IMG/VR virus record: IMGVR_UViG_3300046318_000439 | Location: 64,001-128,000 of that record | DNA from: a virus | Taxonomy: Duplodnaviria > Caudoviricetes | Direction: 5' to 3' (one strand) | Length of the DNA: 64,000 nucleotides | Shown here: piece by piece, positions 9,595-18,542 of the stretch | How the letters are laid out: each line of letters opens with the position of its first letter | Position numbering within the stretch: position 1 is the stretch's first letter | Position numbers and translations under genes: made by a program | Notes under the pieces: model-generated | The model's database searches: none | Told to the model about the DNA's origin: nothing | The model's input: only the letters and a program-made list of their open reading frames with translations

Positions 9595-10894
9595 TACAAA
9601 GACCACTGCAATGAACGAAGCTAAGGATGCTGCTTTAGACAGCATCGGCTTCGTTTTGTCTGCTACAAAAACTCAATCAGTTCAATTAAAGAAATCGTCA
9701 CTGCTTGCAGCACGTAACGTCGTAGCGGTGCGTAAAAATTTAGTATCTCTCGTAACTACTTTTAAAACATATCAAAATACAATCAAGCAAATACAAGCCG
9801 TCGTTGGTAAAGGCGGAGATGCTAATAGCAAGGTATCTAAAATTAGTGGCATACTTCAATCTGGAGGAGATGCATACAAAGAAAAAGAAGCAGAGCAAGA
9901 AGACAAACCAAAAGCCACCGAATTGGTGAAGGGCATTGGTAAGAATGTAGCTACTGCTGCAGGCTCTGCATTAGCCCTAGCCATTCCATTCTTATTGAGT
10001 CCAGAAATGCGCGAAATGTTGATGAGTTTCTTTAGCGGTTTCTTGGAAGGTTTGGGATTAGGTAAAGATGCCCTGGATAAAGTTAAGCTCGGATTCGGAA
10101 TAGCTGCTGGTATATTGATAGCTTATTTCTCTGCATCAGTTATATCAAGTATAGCAGGGGCATTCATGCAAATGCAAAAACTAGCGCAGGTGTTGGGATT
10201 GGCTGGTGAGGTCGTAAGCGCTGAGAAAACCAAAATAGATACAGAGAAAGATAAAGTCAAGCAAGCAGGCAAGGGAACTAAAGCAGAGTTGGATAGTGCC
10301 AAAAAGGACATGAAGAAGAATAGCAAGGGCAATCTTCTAAAACGACTAGGAGTGCTTAAAAATACACTAGGTCCTAAACTATTGAAGTTGGGCAAAAACT
10401 TTCTTAAAGCACTACCAATAGTTGGCACAGTTTTAGGCATAGGACTCATTTTGTATGATTTGTTTGATATAGGTAAAGATGTTTGGAATTTCCTTAAAGG
10501 GGAAGAAACGACGGACGCTGAAGATAAGCAAAACACAGAGCAAGAAGATGCAGCTCCTGTTTCTGCTACATCTGCTCCAGCGTCAGCTGCTGCCTCTGCC
10601 CCTGCAGCAGCTGAGGCAGAAATAAAAGCACCAACAAGTAATACATCTGCAGCAGAAATGACTTCAGCTAGCTCTGCTCCCGTTGCAGCTGAACCAGCCG
10701 ATACCCCTCGCGCTGAAGGTATGGCCATACAAGAAAGTTCCGTAAAGGTAGAGCAAGCTGATTCAGATCTTGCTCGTACTGCTGGGGGAGTAAATATTAC
10801 TACAATAGACAATTCTACAACAATAATGTCCAGCCCTAAATCAGCTACCGCACCTCCTTCAACGCTAGTATATTCAGTAACGGTAGGAATGTAA
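9587..10894 (+). CDS. Tape-measure/gp29-like hub protein, part 1
   Basis: Ala/Gly/Lys-rich helical protein with hydrophobic segments directly after gp26-gp51. Confidence 0.55.
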   Translation: MADTKTTAMNEAKDAALDSIGFVLSATKTQSVQLKKSSLLAARNVVAVRKNLVSLVTTFKTYQNTIKQIQAVVGKGGDANSKVSKISGILQSGGDAYKEKEAEQEDKPKATELVKGIGKNVATAAGSALALAIPFLLSPEMREMLMSFFSGFLEGLGLGKDALDKVKLGFGIAAGILIAYFSASVISSIAGAFMQMQKLAQVLGLAGEVVSAEKTKIDTEKDKVKQAGKGTKAELDSAKKDMKKNSKGNLLKRLGVLKNTLGPKLLKLGKNFLKALPIVGTVLGIGLILYDLFDIGKDVWNFLKGEETTDAEDKQNTEQEDAAPVSATSAPASAAASAPAAAEAEIKAPTSNTSAAEMTSASSAPVAAEPADTPRAEGMAIQESSVKVEQADSDLARTAGGVNITTIDNSTTIMSSPKSATAPPSTLVYSVTVGM

Positions 10895-10897
10895 TAA

Positions 10898-12685
10898 ATG
10901 GCTAACAAAAAGAATCTTCCTAAACTATCCAAACGCACAGCAAATTTGGAAGCATGGCTCGATGAAGTTACAAAGAAACACAACTACGTTGCCAAAGAAG
11001 TGGAGTATGCACATAGCGATCTAGCATTGGTTAGAGGCAGACTTGATAAAATTGAGAAGCATGAGGAAAAGACTGATAAGAGCATCGAGGAGATGCGCGG
11101 TATTATCAATGCAGTTAACAAAAAGGCAGGTTTATTAACTAATGTTGCTGCTAAGAATGCAGGTAAGGTAAAAACTGCTGAGCAAGGTGCAACAGGGAAA
11201 CCCGACACATCCAACACAATAGCTGCATTAACTAGTTCTATGAATATAATTGCTACTTCATTAGGAATAATGAATAGTAGCCTATCGAAAGCTTTAGGTG
11301 TAAAGATGGCTCCTATGGGAGCTCAGAAAGAAGAAGCTCCAGGTCCATCAGGAATCCCAGCTCCTAAAGAAGGAGAAAAAGAACAAGGTATATTTGGTCT
11401 ACTCAAAGGATTGTTCTCAAATCCTGCTGTCGTAGCTGCAATAGCTGGCATTGTATACACCGTATTGCCAAAAGAAACACAAGAACAAATTAAAGGGTTC
11501 TTGGGGGGATTCGCTGATGGTCTCGGAGAGGCTATGGGGAAGAATGAGCAAGAAGGTATGGGAGGTTTCAACACAGCCCTTAAAGCAGCTGGTATTGCAT
11601 TGACTGCATATTTTGGCGCTAAGATGATTAGCGGGGTTGCTGGTGCAATCACAACAACGCTAAAAATTGTCAAGATGATGGGTGGCGGTAAGCTAGGCAG
11701 AGGTCTTGCTGTTGCTGGAGCTGCAGCTGCAGTTGGTGGTGCTGTTGCGATGAGTGGTGGAGACGATGAAGAGGGCGGTGGCGGTGAAGCAGCTGCTGCA
11801 GGAGGAGCAGTTCCAAGTGGCGGAGATGCTGGAGGCGCTGAATCTAAACCATCTCCCGCTGGCACGAGCTTGCCTAAACCTAAAGATACAACAGCTCCTA
11901 AGGCACCCCCTGGATCATCAAGTACAGGTAGTAACGTACCAGACAATATCGATTTAAAGAGTGTAGTCAATGCTGGTTCTGGCGTTGACTTAGAAGGTCT
12001 TGACCCATCAGCCAAAAAACGTCTTGCAGGTATGGCATATGAGTACCAGCAGAAGACTGGCAAGAAACTACAAGTTAACTCTGCTTATAGAGACCCAGAA
12101 AAGCAAGCACAGCTGTATGCTAAGATAGGACCTCCCAATGCTGCCCCTCCTGGAAAGAGCTGGCACGAAAAGGGATTGGCTTTTGATATTAACTCAGCAG
12201 ATGCTAATAAAGCAGATGAGCTTGGACTCATGGCTAAGTATGGATTCAAGCGACCTGTGGCTAAAGAGCCATGGCACGTAGAATTATCTGAGACAAGAGG
12301 CGGCCCAGCATATGCTGATAATCCAGCTGCGCCTGGGGCTGCTGTTGCTGTTGCAGATAAGAGTGGTAAACCATCAATACCCGCATCAGGTAAAACCACT
12401 GCAGCAGGTGAGGTAGCATCAGCCCCAGGTGCTGGTAGCACCCCAGCCGATAGCGCTACATTAGCACAAGATAATAATAATACCGGACAACAAGTCAATA
12501 GCTTATCGCAAAATGTCAAGGATGCTGCTAGGCCTGGATCTTCCACTTCTATGGCAAGCGTTGACAACTCACAAAAAGGTGGGACAGGAAGTCAAGAAGC
12601 AGCTCCTCAACAACCTATCCCATCACCTATTGCTTCAAGAGGCTCACTAGGAGCCTTCACAAAACATAGTACAGCTTACGCTTAA
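10898..12685 (+). CDS. Tape-measure/gp29-like protein with M15 (VanY-like) peptidase domain
   Basis: NSAYRDPEKQAQLY...APPGKSWHEKGLAFDI...EPWHVE Zn-peptidase motifs in an Ala/Gly-rich scaffold. Confidence 0.75.
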   Translation: MANKKNLPKLSKRTANLEAWLDEVTKKHNYVAKEVEYAHSDLALVRGRLDKIEKHEEKTDKSIEEMRGIINAVNKKAGLLTNVAAKNAGKVKTAEQGATGKPDTSNTIAALTSSMNIIATSLGIMNSSLSKALGVKMAPMGAQKEEAPGPSGIPAPKEGEKEQGIFGLLKGLFSNPAVVAAIAGIVYTVLPKETQEQIKGFLGGFADGLGEAMGKNEQEGMGGFNTALKAAGIALTAYFGAKMISGVAGAITTTLKIVKMMGGGKLGRGLAVAGAAAAVGGAVAMSGGDDEEGGGGEAAAAGGAVPSGGDAGGAESKPSPAGTSLPKPKDTTAPKAPPGSSSTGSNVPDNIDLKSVVNAGSGVDLEGLDPSAKKRLAGMAYEYQQKTGKKLQVNSAYRDPEKQAQLYAKIGPPNAAPPGKSWHEKGLAFDINSADANKADELGLMAKYGFKRPVAKEPWHVELSETRGGPAYADNPAAPGAAVAVADKSGKPSIPASGKTTAAGEVASAPGAGSTPADSATLAQDNNNTGQQVNSLSQNVKDAARPGSSTSMASVDNSQKGGTGSQEAAPQQPIPSPIASRGSLGAFTKHSTAYA

Positions 12686-13626
12686 TCTTCTTCAGCTAAA
12701 CGCTTAAAGAAGTCCATGTTTTCATCATCATCATCAAAAGCAGGTTCTAATACTTTAGCAGGAGCTGCTTTAGCAGCTGCTGTTCGTTGAACCGGAGCTT
12801 GCGTTGCTGGCTCTTGATCATCCCACGGCGCTGTCTTTGACTCTGCTGCTGTTGTACGAGCAGCTGCTGGGCTACCATCTAATCCCAAAGCCTTATTTAA
12901 ACGAGCCTTCAATTCATCATATGATTTGAATTCTTTAGGATCAACAAACGCTGCTAATGAGTGTTCTTGTTTCCAGATGTTTTCCAACTCATCATCATCG
13001 TCCATTAGTGGAGCCTTAGCTTCGAACTCAGACTTATCGTAGTTGCGGTATCCCTCAACTTTACGAATCTTTAACTTAAAGTTAGCACCATCCCAGAAAT
13101 CAAATGGGTTGATCTTTGTCTCATCTTCAAACTCTGGATTCATAGCCAACTCAATCTTGTCCCAGATCTTCTTACCATATTTGAAAAGCATTACCTTGCC
13201 TTCATTTTCTGGATGAGCAGGATCTTTAACAACATAGATGTTAGAGATGAAAGATAGACGACGTTTATACTTGCGTACTAATTCTTTATTAGCTTCAATA
13301 CCAGAGTTCCACAACTGACTGTTGTATTCTGATACTGGATCTTTTTGACCTAGTGTAGTCAATGACTTATTCATATACCAACCGCCTGGACCTTGGAATC
13401 CATGATCCCAGATACGAACGTATGGTGTACCTTCGTCCCCATCAGCACCTGGTGTTGGCAAGAAGCGAATAATTGCATAGCCGTTACCTGCTTTATCTAC
13501 TTCTGGTTTCCAGAAGCGATTGTCATCTTGTGAACCTTGTGCGGGGGTGTTTAGTTTTTGAACTTCGTTGATTAGCTTATCAAATTGTGACTTGCTGTTT
13601 TTCTTGAGTGAGGCAAATGAGCTCAT
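12682..13626 (-). CDS. gp32: Single-stranded DNA binding protein gp32
   Basis: DNRFWKPEVDKAGNGYAIIRFLP, HGFQGPGGWY, FKYGKKI, NPFDFWDGANFKLKIRKVEGYRNYDKSEF, acidic tail. Confidence 0.97.
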   Translation of the reverse strand: MSSFASLKKNSKSQFDKLINEVQKLNTPAQGSQDDNRFWKPEVDKAGNGYAIIRFLPTPGADGDEGTPYVRIWDHGFQGPGGWYMNKSLTTLGQKDPVSEYNSQLWNSGIEANKELVRKYKRRLSFISNIYVVKDPAHPENEGKVMLFKYGKKIWDKIELAMNPEFEDETKINPFDFWDGANFKLKIRKVEGYRNYDKSEFEAKAPLMDDDDELENIWKQEHSLAAFVDPKEFKSYDELKARLNKALGLDGSPAAARTTAAESKTAPWDDQEPATQAPVQRTAAAKAAPAKVLEPAFDDDDENMDFFKRLAEED

Positions 13627-13695
13627 ATGTATTCTCCGTATAACGTTGTATGAAAGTGTATTCGTTGTATTTCACAAACTACCATAATGTAGAAG

Positions 13696-13703
13696 TATTT
13701 ATA
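13696..13703 (-). promoter_or_regulatory. T4-type late promoter TATAAATA upstream of gp32
   Basis: Exact consensus on minus strand between gp59 and gp32. Confidence 0.75.
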
Positions 13704-14291
13704 TTACCTCTTTATTGCAAATTTGTCAACAACTATTTGCTTTAGTTTATCCTTTTCGAACCTAAGGAAGGGTCTGTACTTCTTACACTTCTTGTATATC
13801 ATTGGCCAAATAACATCTTCTTCAATGTTCTTGTTCCAGTGTCTAAAGAAACCACAAAGGTCATTCAAAATAATTACTGTCTCTAATGAGACCTTATTCT
13901 GTATCAATAACTTTAAAAGTATAGGGTGATTGCTACCATCCACCATAAGGTTGTTATTGTATACAGGATCAAGACTATCGAGATCATTGGTAAAGTTGTA
14001 TGTTAAAGATTCCTGGCGTTTAAGCCATATCTTGTAATTGTCCTCAGCTCGCTGCTCATTAGCTAAGTCGCCTACCCAAACGTTTGGGCTATCCTCAACG
14101 ATGTTGGCTAAAATATAAGACTGTGGATCTTTTTGTTTAGCCAACTTGCTAAAGAAGTATTTGTCATGTCGCATTTCAAATGACTTAACGTTTGCTCTTG
14201 TCTTACCGCCATAACGAAAAAAGTCATATGTATCAGAATTAAAATGATTCTTCAAAGCGACATACAGTTTGTATGCCTCATATCCTGTCAT
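13704..14291 (-). CDS. gp59: Helicase loader gp59
   Basis: MTGYEAYKLYVALKNHF...YDFFRYGGK, RHDKYFFSKLA. Confidence 0.92.
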   Translation of the reverse strand: MTGYEAYKLYVALKNHFNSDTYDFFRYGGKTRANVKSFEMRHDKYFFSKLAKQKDPQSYILANIVEDSPNVWVGDLANEQRAEDNYKIWLKRQESLTYNFTNDLDSLDPVYNNNLMVDGSNHPILLKLLIQNKVSLETVIILNDLCGFFRHWNKNIEEDVIWPMIYKKCKKYRPFLRFEKDKLKQIVVDKFAIKR

Positions 14292-14533
14292 ATGGGTAGT
14301 TTTGCACTCTTAGGAAAATAACCAGCACTCTCAGCATCTAGTCGTACACGAGCTTTCATTTTTGCATTCTTCCGAATAAGTCCAGCAGCAGTCTCAATCT
14401 CCAGTCCTGTTTGTTCACAGTAATAGAGAACAGCATCTAAGTATTCCATTCGCTTCTCTTCAGCAATCTGTTCAATCTTCTGAAGAAAATCCTGTACGTT
14501 TATAATGCTATTGATCTGTTGTTCTTCTGTCAT
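14288..14533 (-). CDS. gp33: Late-promoter transcription co-activator gp33
   Basis: IEQIAEEKRMEYLDAVLYYCE...IETAAGLI...MKARV..DA; position next to gp59. Confidence 0.88.
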   Translation of the reverse strand: MTEEQQINSIINVQDFLQKIEQIAEEKRMEYLDAVLYYCEQTGLEIETAAGLIRKNAKMKARVRLDAESAGYFPKSAKLPI

Positions 14534-14811
14534 TTAAAGACTACCAATCCTAGTAAAAAGGCTTGGACGAAAAACCCAACGCCTATGGTTATTATATTCA
14601 ACATATCTTTATTAATTAATGCTTTGAGGAAGAATAATAACAAGCCACCCCAGGCAAACATTACAACATCTAAAGATGGTAGTTTGTCGGATACAGCAAA
14701 TATCAACGATAGGAGAGAAGGAATCGTAGCGCAATGAATCAACACTACCGCTAACCAACCTATCCCCTCTGATGATAAATGTGATATCTTTTCAGCAGCT
14801 GTTTTCTTCAT
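14530..14811 (-). CDS. Membrane protein, hypothetical
   Basis: Three hydrophobic segments; start chosen at MKKTAAE to avoid overlap with hydrolase gene. Confidence 0.6.
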   Translation of the reverse strand: MKKTAAEKISHLSSEGIGWLAVVLIHCATIPSLLSLIFAVSDKLPSLDVVMFAWGGLLLFFLKALINKDMLNIITIGVGFFVQAFLLGLVVFK

Positions 14812-14815
14812 AACT

Positions 14816-15406
14816 TTAATAAACCTTTCCAGCTGGCTTATCTTTGTAGAAGATGTGTTGGCCGATTTTTCCAATTCGCTGTTTGTTCCAGTTTGGGTTG
14901 ACATAGTCTGCATGATAATATAAAGCCTCTCTTAATCCATCAAGTCTGAAACCTTCAAGTAATACTTTCTTTGCTACTTCTTCACTCTCTTCGTACATCT
15001 TAGGATGTACTGGTCTAGTTTTATGGTTGGTTTCACAAAACCATGAAAACTGACATACCACCTTATCGTAGAACACGTTCCGTTGTTGTACTACTCCACA
15101 AACGCTAGACGGAAACTTACCGCTATTCATTCTATTGAGTGTTACTTGCGCTACAGCTACCTTACCTTCAAAAGGTTCTCCTGCTGCTTCCCAATAAATG
15201 TTTTGTGTCAAACATTGGATCTGTTGTTCCTTTTCCTTAACAGACATATTAGCTGGTAACCCAGTTATTGCAATATACTGTTTTGTTTTTGCGTCAAGCG
15301 CAAAGCTTACACCTAGGACTACAATCAGTAATCCAATAAAAAAATAAAAGCCTCTGAACATTAGTTCGAAGTTTTTAAGGATAGGCAAAAAAATTGACCT
15401 ATTCAT
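14816..15406 (-). CDS. Cell wall hydrolase, SleB/Hydrolase_2 family, N-terminal TM segment
   Basis: CLTQNIYWEAAGEPFEGKVAVAQVTLNR, VCQFSW, ALYYHADYVNPNW, IGQHIFY; GGAGG RBS. Confidence 0.9.
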   Translation of the reverse strand: MNRSIFLPILKNFELMFRGFYFFIGLLIVVLGVSFALDAKTKQYIAITGLPANMSVKEKEQQIQCLTQNIYWEAAGEPFEGKVAVAQVTLNRMNSGKFPSSVCGVVQQRNVFYDKVVCQFSWFCETNHKTRPVHPKMYEESEEVAKKVLLEGFRLDGLREALYYHADYVNPNWNKQRIGKIGQHIFYKDKPAGKVY

Positions 15407-15570
15407 AATACCTCCTTTGATTTGTACAGCTCTTTACATTATCCCTCAAAAGGAGATTAATGTCTACTGGCAAATAGATTCAGTAGTATTGTGTATGCGT
15501 CCTAATATCTGAAAAGGACTAAACCAATATTGCAGCCAGGCATACACCCAATATTCTACAATAAAGTTTA

Positions 15571-16203
15571 TTAACATACAAGAGCTTTATGTGTTAATTC
15601 TGCTTTAGGGAAACCAAAGTATTTGGCTTTCCAATCGTTCTGTGCAAATCCGACTAAAGAAGACCATTCGTCCTTCTTTTCTATTAATCGCTTCGCTGCG
15701 TTCTCCCAATCTGTGGCAAGAACAAACTTCTCGATGTTTTCCTTATAGGCAGTACACTCCTCTGATGTGTGAAAATCTTGCTCGATGTGGATCACTTCAA
15801 ATATTTCCTCTCCATCGAAGTAATCTAGGGCAAGATCCAATCCCCATTTTTGTTTACATTGTAACAAATAGCTTAGCTTGGGAATCTGCGGTTTGAATGA
15901 AAGAAGTTGCTGTAAAGCATCTTCCGTGAAATTGCATCGGTGGAGAACAGTGCAATGGTCTAATATGAACCCTTTAGGTTGATTAGACAAATGCATCCAA
16001 GCTTCTTGGAATGCATTATGATTTAGTATTTCATTATAGACTGGATAACCATTCACCCAATAGTACTCTCGTTCGAGTTGGGTTAATTCGAATCCGTCTT
16101 TATCAAAGTAATTAGTGGCCTGTGTTAACAGCTTATGCTGCATCACCGGCGCTTTGCATGTTGGGTTTTTATACACCAACGCATGTTTATTTACAGTGAA
16201 CAT
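15571..16203 (-). CDS. Hypothetical protein
   Basis: Long ORF; ATG at 16203 follows a CATAAATA late-promoter-like element. Confidence 0.7.
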   Translation of the reverse strand: MFTVNKHALVYKNPTCKAPVMQHKLLTQATNYFDKDGFELTQLEREYYWVNGYPVYNEILNHNAFQEAWMHLSNQPKGFILDHCTVLHRCNFTEDALQQLLSFKPQIPKLSYLLQCKQKWGLDLALDYFDGEEIFEVIHIEQDFHTSEECTAYKENIEKFVLATDWENAAKRLIEKKDEWSSLVGFAQNDWKAKYFGFPKAELTHKALVC

Positions 16204-16278
16204 AGATTTATTTATGCTTTTTCTATGTCCAAACAACTACTTTTTGTAGTTCCTTATTATAAACAAGGAGTTACTGTT

Positions 16279-16347
16279 GGTGGGTAATTCTGTTACGAGG
16301 AAACCCACCGAAACCCTAAGCAGTGTTTAGGCTGCTAATGCGAACTT
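16279..16347 (-). ncRNA. Displaced original 3' segment of the tmRNA coding piece (remnant)
   Basis: Reads AAG TTC GCA TTA GCA GCC TAA (KFALAA*), hairpin GCAG/CTGC, then pseudoknot AGGG/TCCT plus GGTGGGT/ACCCACC. Confidence 0.8.
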
Positions 16348-16360
16348 AAATGTTTGAATT

Positions 16361-16368
16361 TATAAATA
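16361..16368 (+). promoter_or_regulatory. Late promoter TATAAATA of the GIY-YIG endonuclease
   Basis: Exact consensus, 33 nt upstream of ATG 16401 (AGGGA RBS). Confidence 0.8.
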
Positions 16369-16400
16369 GCATTATCATATACTTTTATAGGGAAAACAAC

Positions 16401-16952
16401 ATGACAGTTCATTTTGTATATATGTGGTTTGATCGTGTGCGCAAAATGTTTTACGTCGGTCAACATACTGGATCTCTGAATGATCAATACACTTCTTCTT
16501 CACGTTGGCTAGCTGGAGAGATACGTTATCGTCCAGCCGACTTTAAACGTCGCATCATTCGTACATTCAGGACTAAGCATGAAGCTCAGCTATATGAAGG
16601 CAGACTACTAACGCTCATCCGATCCAACGAGTTTGGCTCGAGGTATTATAACCTGAAGATGGGTGCACCTAAAGGCAACTTGCCTTGGAATGCTGGTAAA
16701 ACTAATGTATATTCGAAAGATACGTTAGATAAAATGTCGACCGCCAAAAAAGGACGGCCTTCTCACAATAAAGGTAAACTGAGCCCACTATCAGCCCAAA
16801 ACGGTAAAAAGGGAGCTTCAAAGCTCGCCAAAACTGTAACAGGGAGAAGAATGGCTACTAGGCTAGATGGTACACGGTACTGGATATATCCAGATGTAGA
16901 TTGTTTGGGTGATAAGGAACAATCTACAAATCCTCATTCGATCACTGCTTAA
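16401..16952 (+). mobile_element. Free-standing Seg-like GIY-YIG homing endonuclease gene inserted antisense in tmRNA
   Basis: FVYMW...KMFYVGQHTG...QYTSSS catalytic module, FKRRII, YYNLK, NUMOD-like PWNAGKT/MSTAKKGRPSHNKGK tail. Confidence 0.82.
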
Positions 16953-17091
16953 GCAGCGAGAGCGAAGCGGCTATCATTAGCTGCAATTACATTTATTTGC
17001 TTCTTCGGCCGAGTGTCCTCAACCCTATCGTCTTTCACATTGACGTGTTGCCGTCTCTACTATCTCACGCTGTCGAAACTGTTTCAGGCCC
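16893..17091 (-). ncRNA. ssrA: tmRNA coding piece (permuted two-piece tmRNA), tag AANDSRFALAA
   Basis: 5' GGGCCTG pairs with 3' CAGGTCC-ACCA including G3.U70; TTCGAC D-loop motif; CAGCGTG pairs with CATGTTG of acceptor piece; tag codons 16984-16949. Confidence 0.92.
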
Positions 17092-17152
17092 AATAGAAAG
17101 TATACTACAGCTTTCAGTTACGATACCCCGTAGCACCCCTTAATATACTTTC
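17092..17152 (-). ncRNA. tmRNA intervening segment
   Basis: 61 nt between CCA end and mature 5' end, closed by 9-bp inverted repeat GAAAGTATA/TATACTTTC. Confidence 0.8.
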
Positions 17153-17210
17153 TGGTGGACCTGCCCGGTACTGCCCCGGGGTCCAACATGCCTTCGCTTT
17201 GAAGGGATTA
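17153..17210 (-). ncRNA. ssrA: tmRNA acceptor piece
   Basis: ...CATGTTGGAC CCCGG GGCAGTA CCGGG CAGGTCC ACCA; T-arm with non-canonical GGCAGUA loop; 5' boundary approximate. Confidence 0.88.
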
Positions 17211-17321
17211 CAACAATTCTTTTTTACGAGTTACCAAATGGTATATTACCCAAAAATATATATTAACTGTAGTAGCAATGCCCCATATAAAGGTCCAGTG
17301 CCAGTAGTCTATTAGTATCAT
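17208..17321 (-). CDS. Small hydrophobic protein (37 aa)
   Basis: MILIDYWHWTFIWGIATTVNIYFWVIYHLVTRKKELL*; below ORF-track cutoff. Confidence 0.4.
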   Translation of the reverse strand: MILIDYWHWTFIWGIATTVNIYFWVIYHLVTRKKELL

Positions 17322-17333
17322 AATTATTATATA

Positions 17334-17561
17334 TTAAAATGGAGCGTCAGGCAAGCTATTTAACCACTTCTGCTTCTCAAACTTTGGTTTCTTTAGCTTG
17401 GCTATCTCCGTCAGTGTCAAAGAAGGATCGCCGTTCATAAAGTGTTCTGCATCCTCACGAGAGAAGAACCGCCGAAGCGGTCCGTCCTCATCACTTACTA
17501 CGAATCTACGAACTGGTCTGAATGGCTCAGGCAGCTTCAGCAAATGTAACGGCAGTTTCAA
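17334..17561 (-). CDS. Hypothetical protein
   Basis: ORF track; start uncertain. Confidence 0.5.
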   Translation of the reverse strand: MKLPLHLLKLPEPFRPVRRFVVSDEDGPLRRFFSREDAEHFMNGDPSLTLTEIAKLKKPKFEKQKWLNSLPDAPF

Positions 17562-18477
17562 GAGCTTTTACCTTTAAGTTCTTATTAGCACCAAACCATG
17601 CTGACTGCAAGCGTGTGTCTGCTGAGCGACCGATTTCATGGTCAGTCAAATATGTCACAGCATTAAATGCTTGCCACCAGCTACCTTCTGCAAACTTATG
17701 ACCTGGTTGTGTATTCAATACTTCCAAGGCACGGGTAGCAGACTTTGACAACTCTTTACGTTGTGGGCCTTTTTCTTTATTGTAGGCAAGCACTGGGAAG
17801 ATTGAGTTAAAGTATTCTTTAACAGACTCACCATTGTAACGCTTGCTACCCAAGAATGCAGCCATCTCTTTGTACTTCGCCAACTTCTCAGTAGCAATAC
17901 CAAGAGTTTGTTTCACTTCATCAGCATCAAACACTGTGCGGTGGTTTTTCTTAACCATGCGATCAGCTTTTTGGTTGAGTGATAATGTTAGCGTGTTATT
18001 GCATACAACACGAATGGGAGTAAAGCGAACATCGATGCATTGACCGAACCGATGAGGATTTGTAAACAGTAGATATGAATCAACTTGATCTCCTTTAAAT
18101 AATTCAAATGAATCTTTGACCTTAGCCAAAGCCCATACGATCTGTCCATTTCTTAATGAACCAGCTGTATGCATTTCCATATCACCAGCTTTACAGTATT
18201 CATCAAAGAAGTTAAATGCTTCATGGTTCTGAACTGGGTTCCATTCATTAGACACAACGCCTAAGATAGAATCATCAGAAGAGCGTGTTAGGGCAGACCA
18301 ACCAACATTCACTTGATTACCATTAATATCAGCAAACGCTGGAATCTTTTCTACTGTCCAATCTAAACCAGCCTTTTGTAACATCTGAGCAGGAGATAGG
18401 TCGCTAGGAACTCGCTCGCCTAAACCGTGCCATGGTAATTCGCCTGCATATGCCATTGTTTCAATTTCGTGCGCCAT
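17527..18477 (-). CDS. DUF932-family phage/plasmid protein
   Basis: MAHEIETMAYAGELPWHGLG, MHTAGSL..G..VWALAK, FTPIRVVCNNTL, WWQAFNAVT. Confidence 0.88.
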   Translation of the reverse strand: MAHEIETMAYAGELPWHGLGERVPSDLSPAQMLQKAGLDWTVEKIPAFADINGNQVNVGWSALTRSSDDSILGVVSNEWNPVQNHEAFNFFDEYCKAGDMEMHTAGSLRNGQIVWALAKVKDSFELFKGDQVDSYLLFTNPHRFGQCIDVRFTPIRVVCNNTLTLSLNQKADRMVKKNHRTVFDADEVKQTLGIATEKLAKYKEMAAFLGSKRYNGESVKEYFNSIFPVLAYNKEKGPQRKELSKSATRALEVLNTQPGHKFAEGSWWQAFNAVTYLTDHEIGRSADTRLQSAWFGANKNLKVKALETAVTFAEAA

Positions 18478-18542
18478 AATATAATCCTTTTCATAATATA
18501 ATCAAAAAACGGTCATGACCACTTTTTCACAACCATGAGTCT

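Noticed and set aside
10123-12567. Long minus-strand ORFs (10123-10983, 11323-12063, 12085-12567)
   Set aside because: Antisense shadows of the Ala/Gly-rich plus-strand genes; no motifs or RBS.
15407-15570. c-di-GMP riboswitch or twister/hammerhead ribozyme
   Set aside because: Only fragmentary resemblance (GGACTAAACC, TGCAGCC); the required cores could not be assembled.
16350-16400. ORF-track start of the GIY-YIG gene at 16350
   Set aside because: Lies upstream of its TATAAATA promoter; ATG 16401 has an RBS.
16350-16950. Group I intron interpretation of the tmRNA insertion
   Set aside because: I found no P7-like core, the ORF is antisense to the RNA, and the duplicated tag end makes splicing unnecessary. 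Not excluded without a covariance search.
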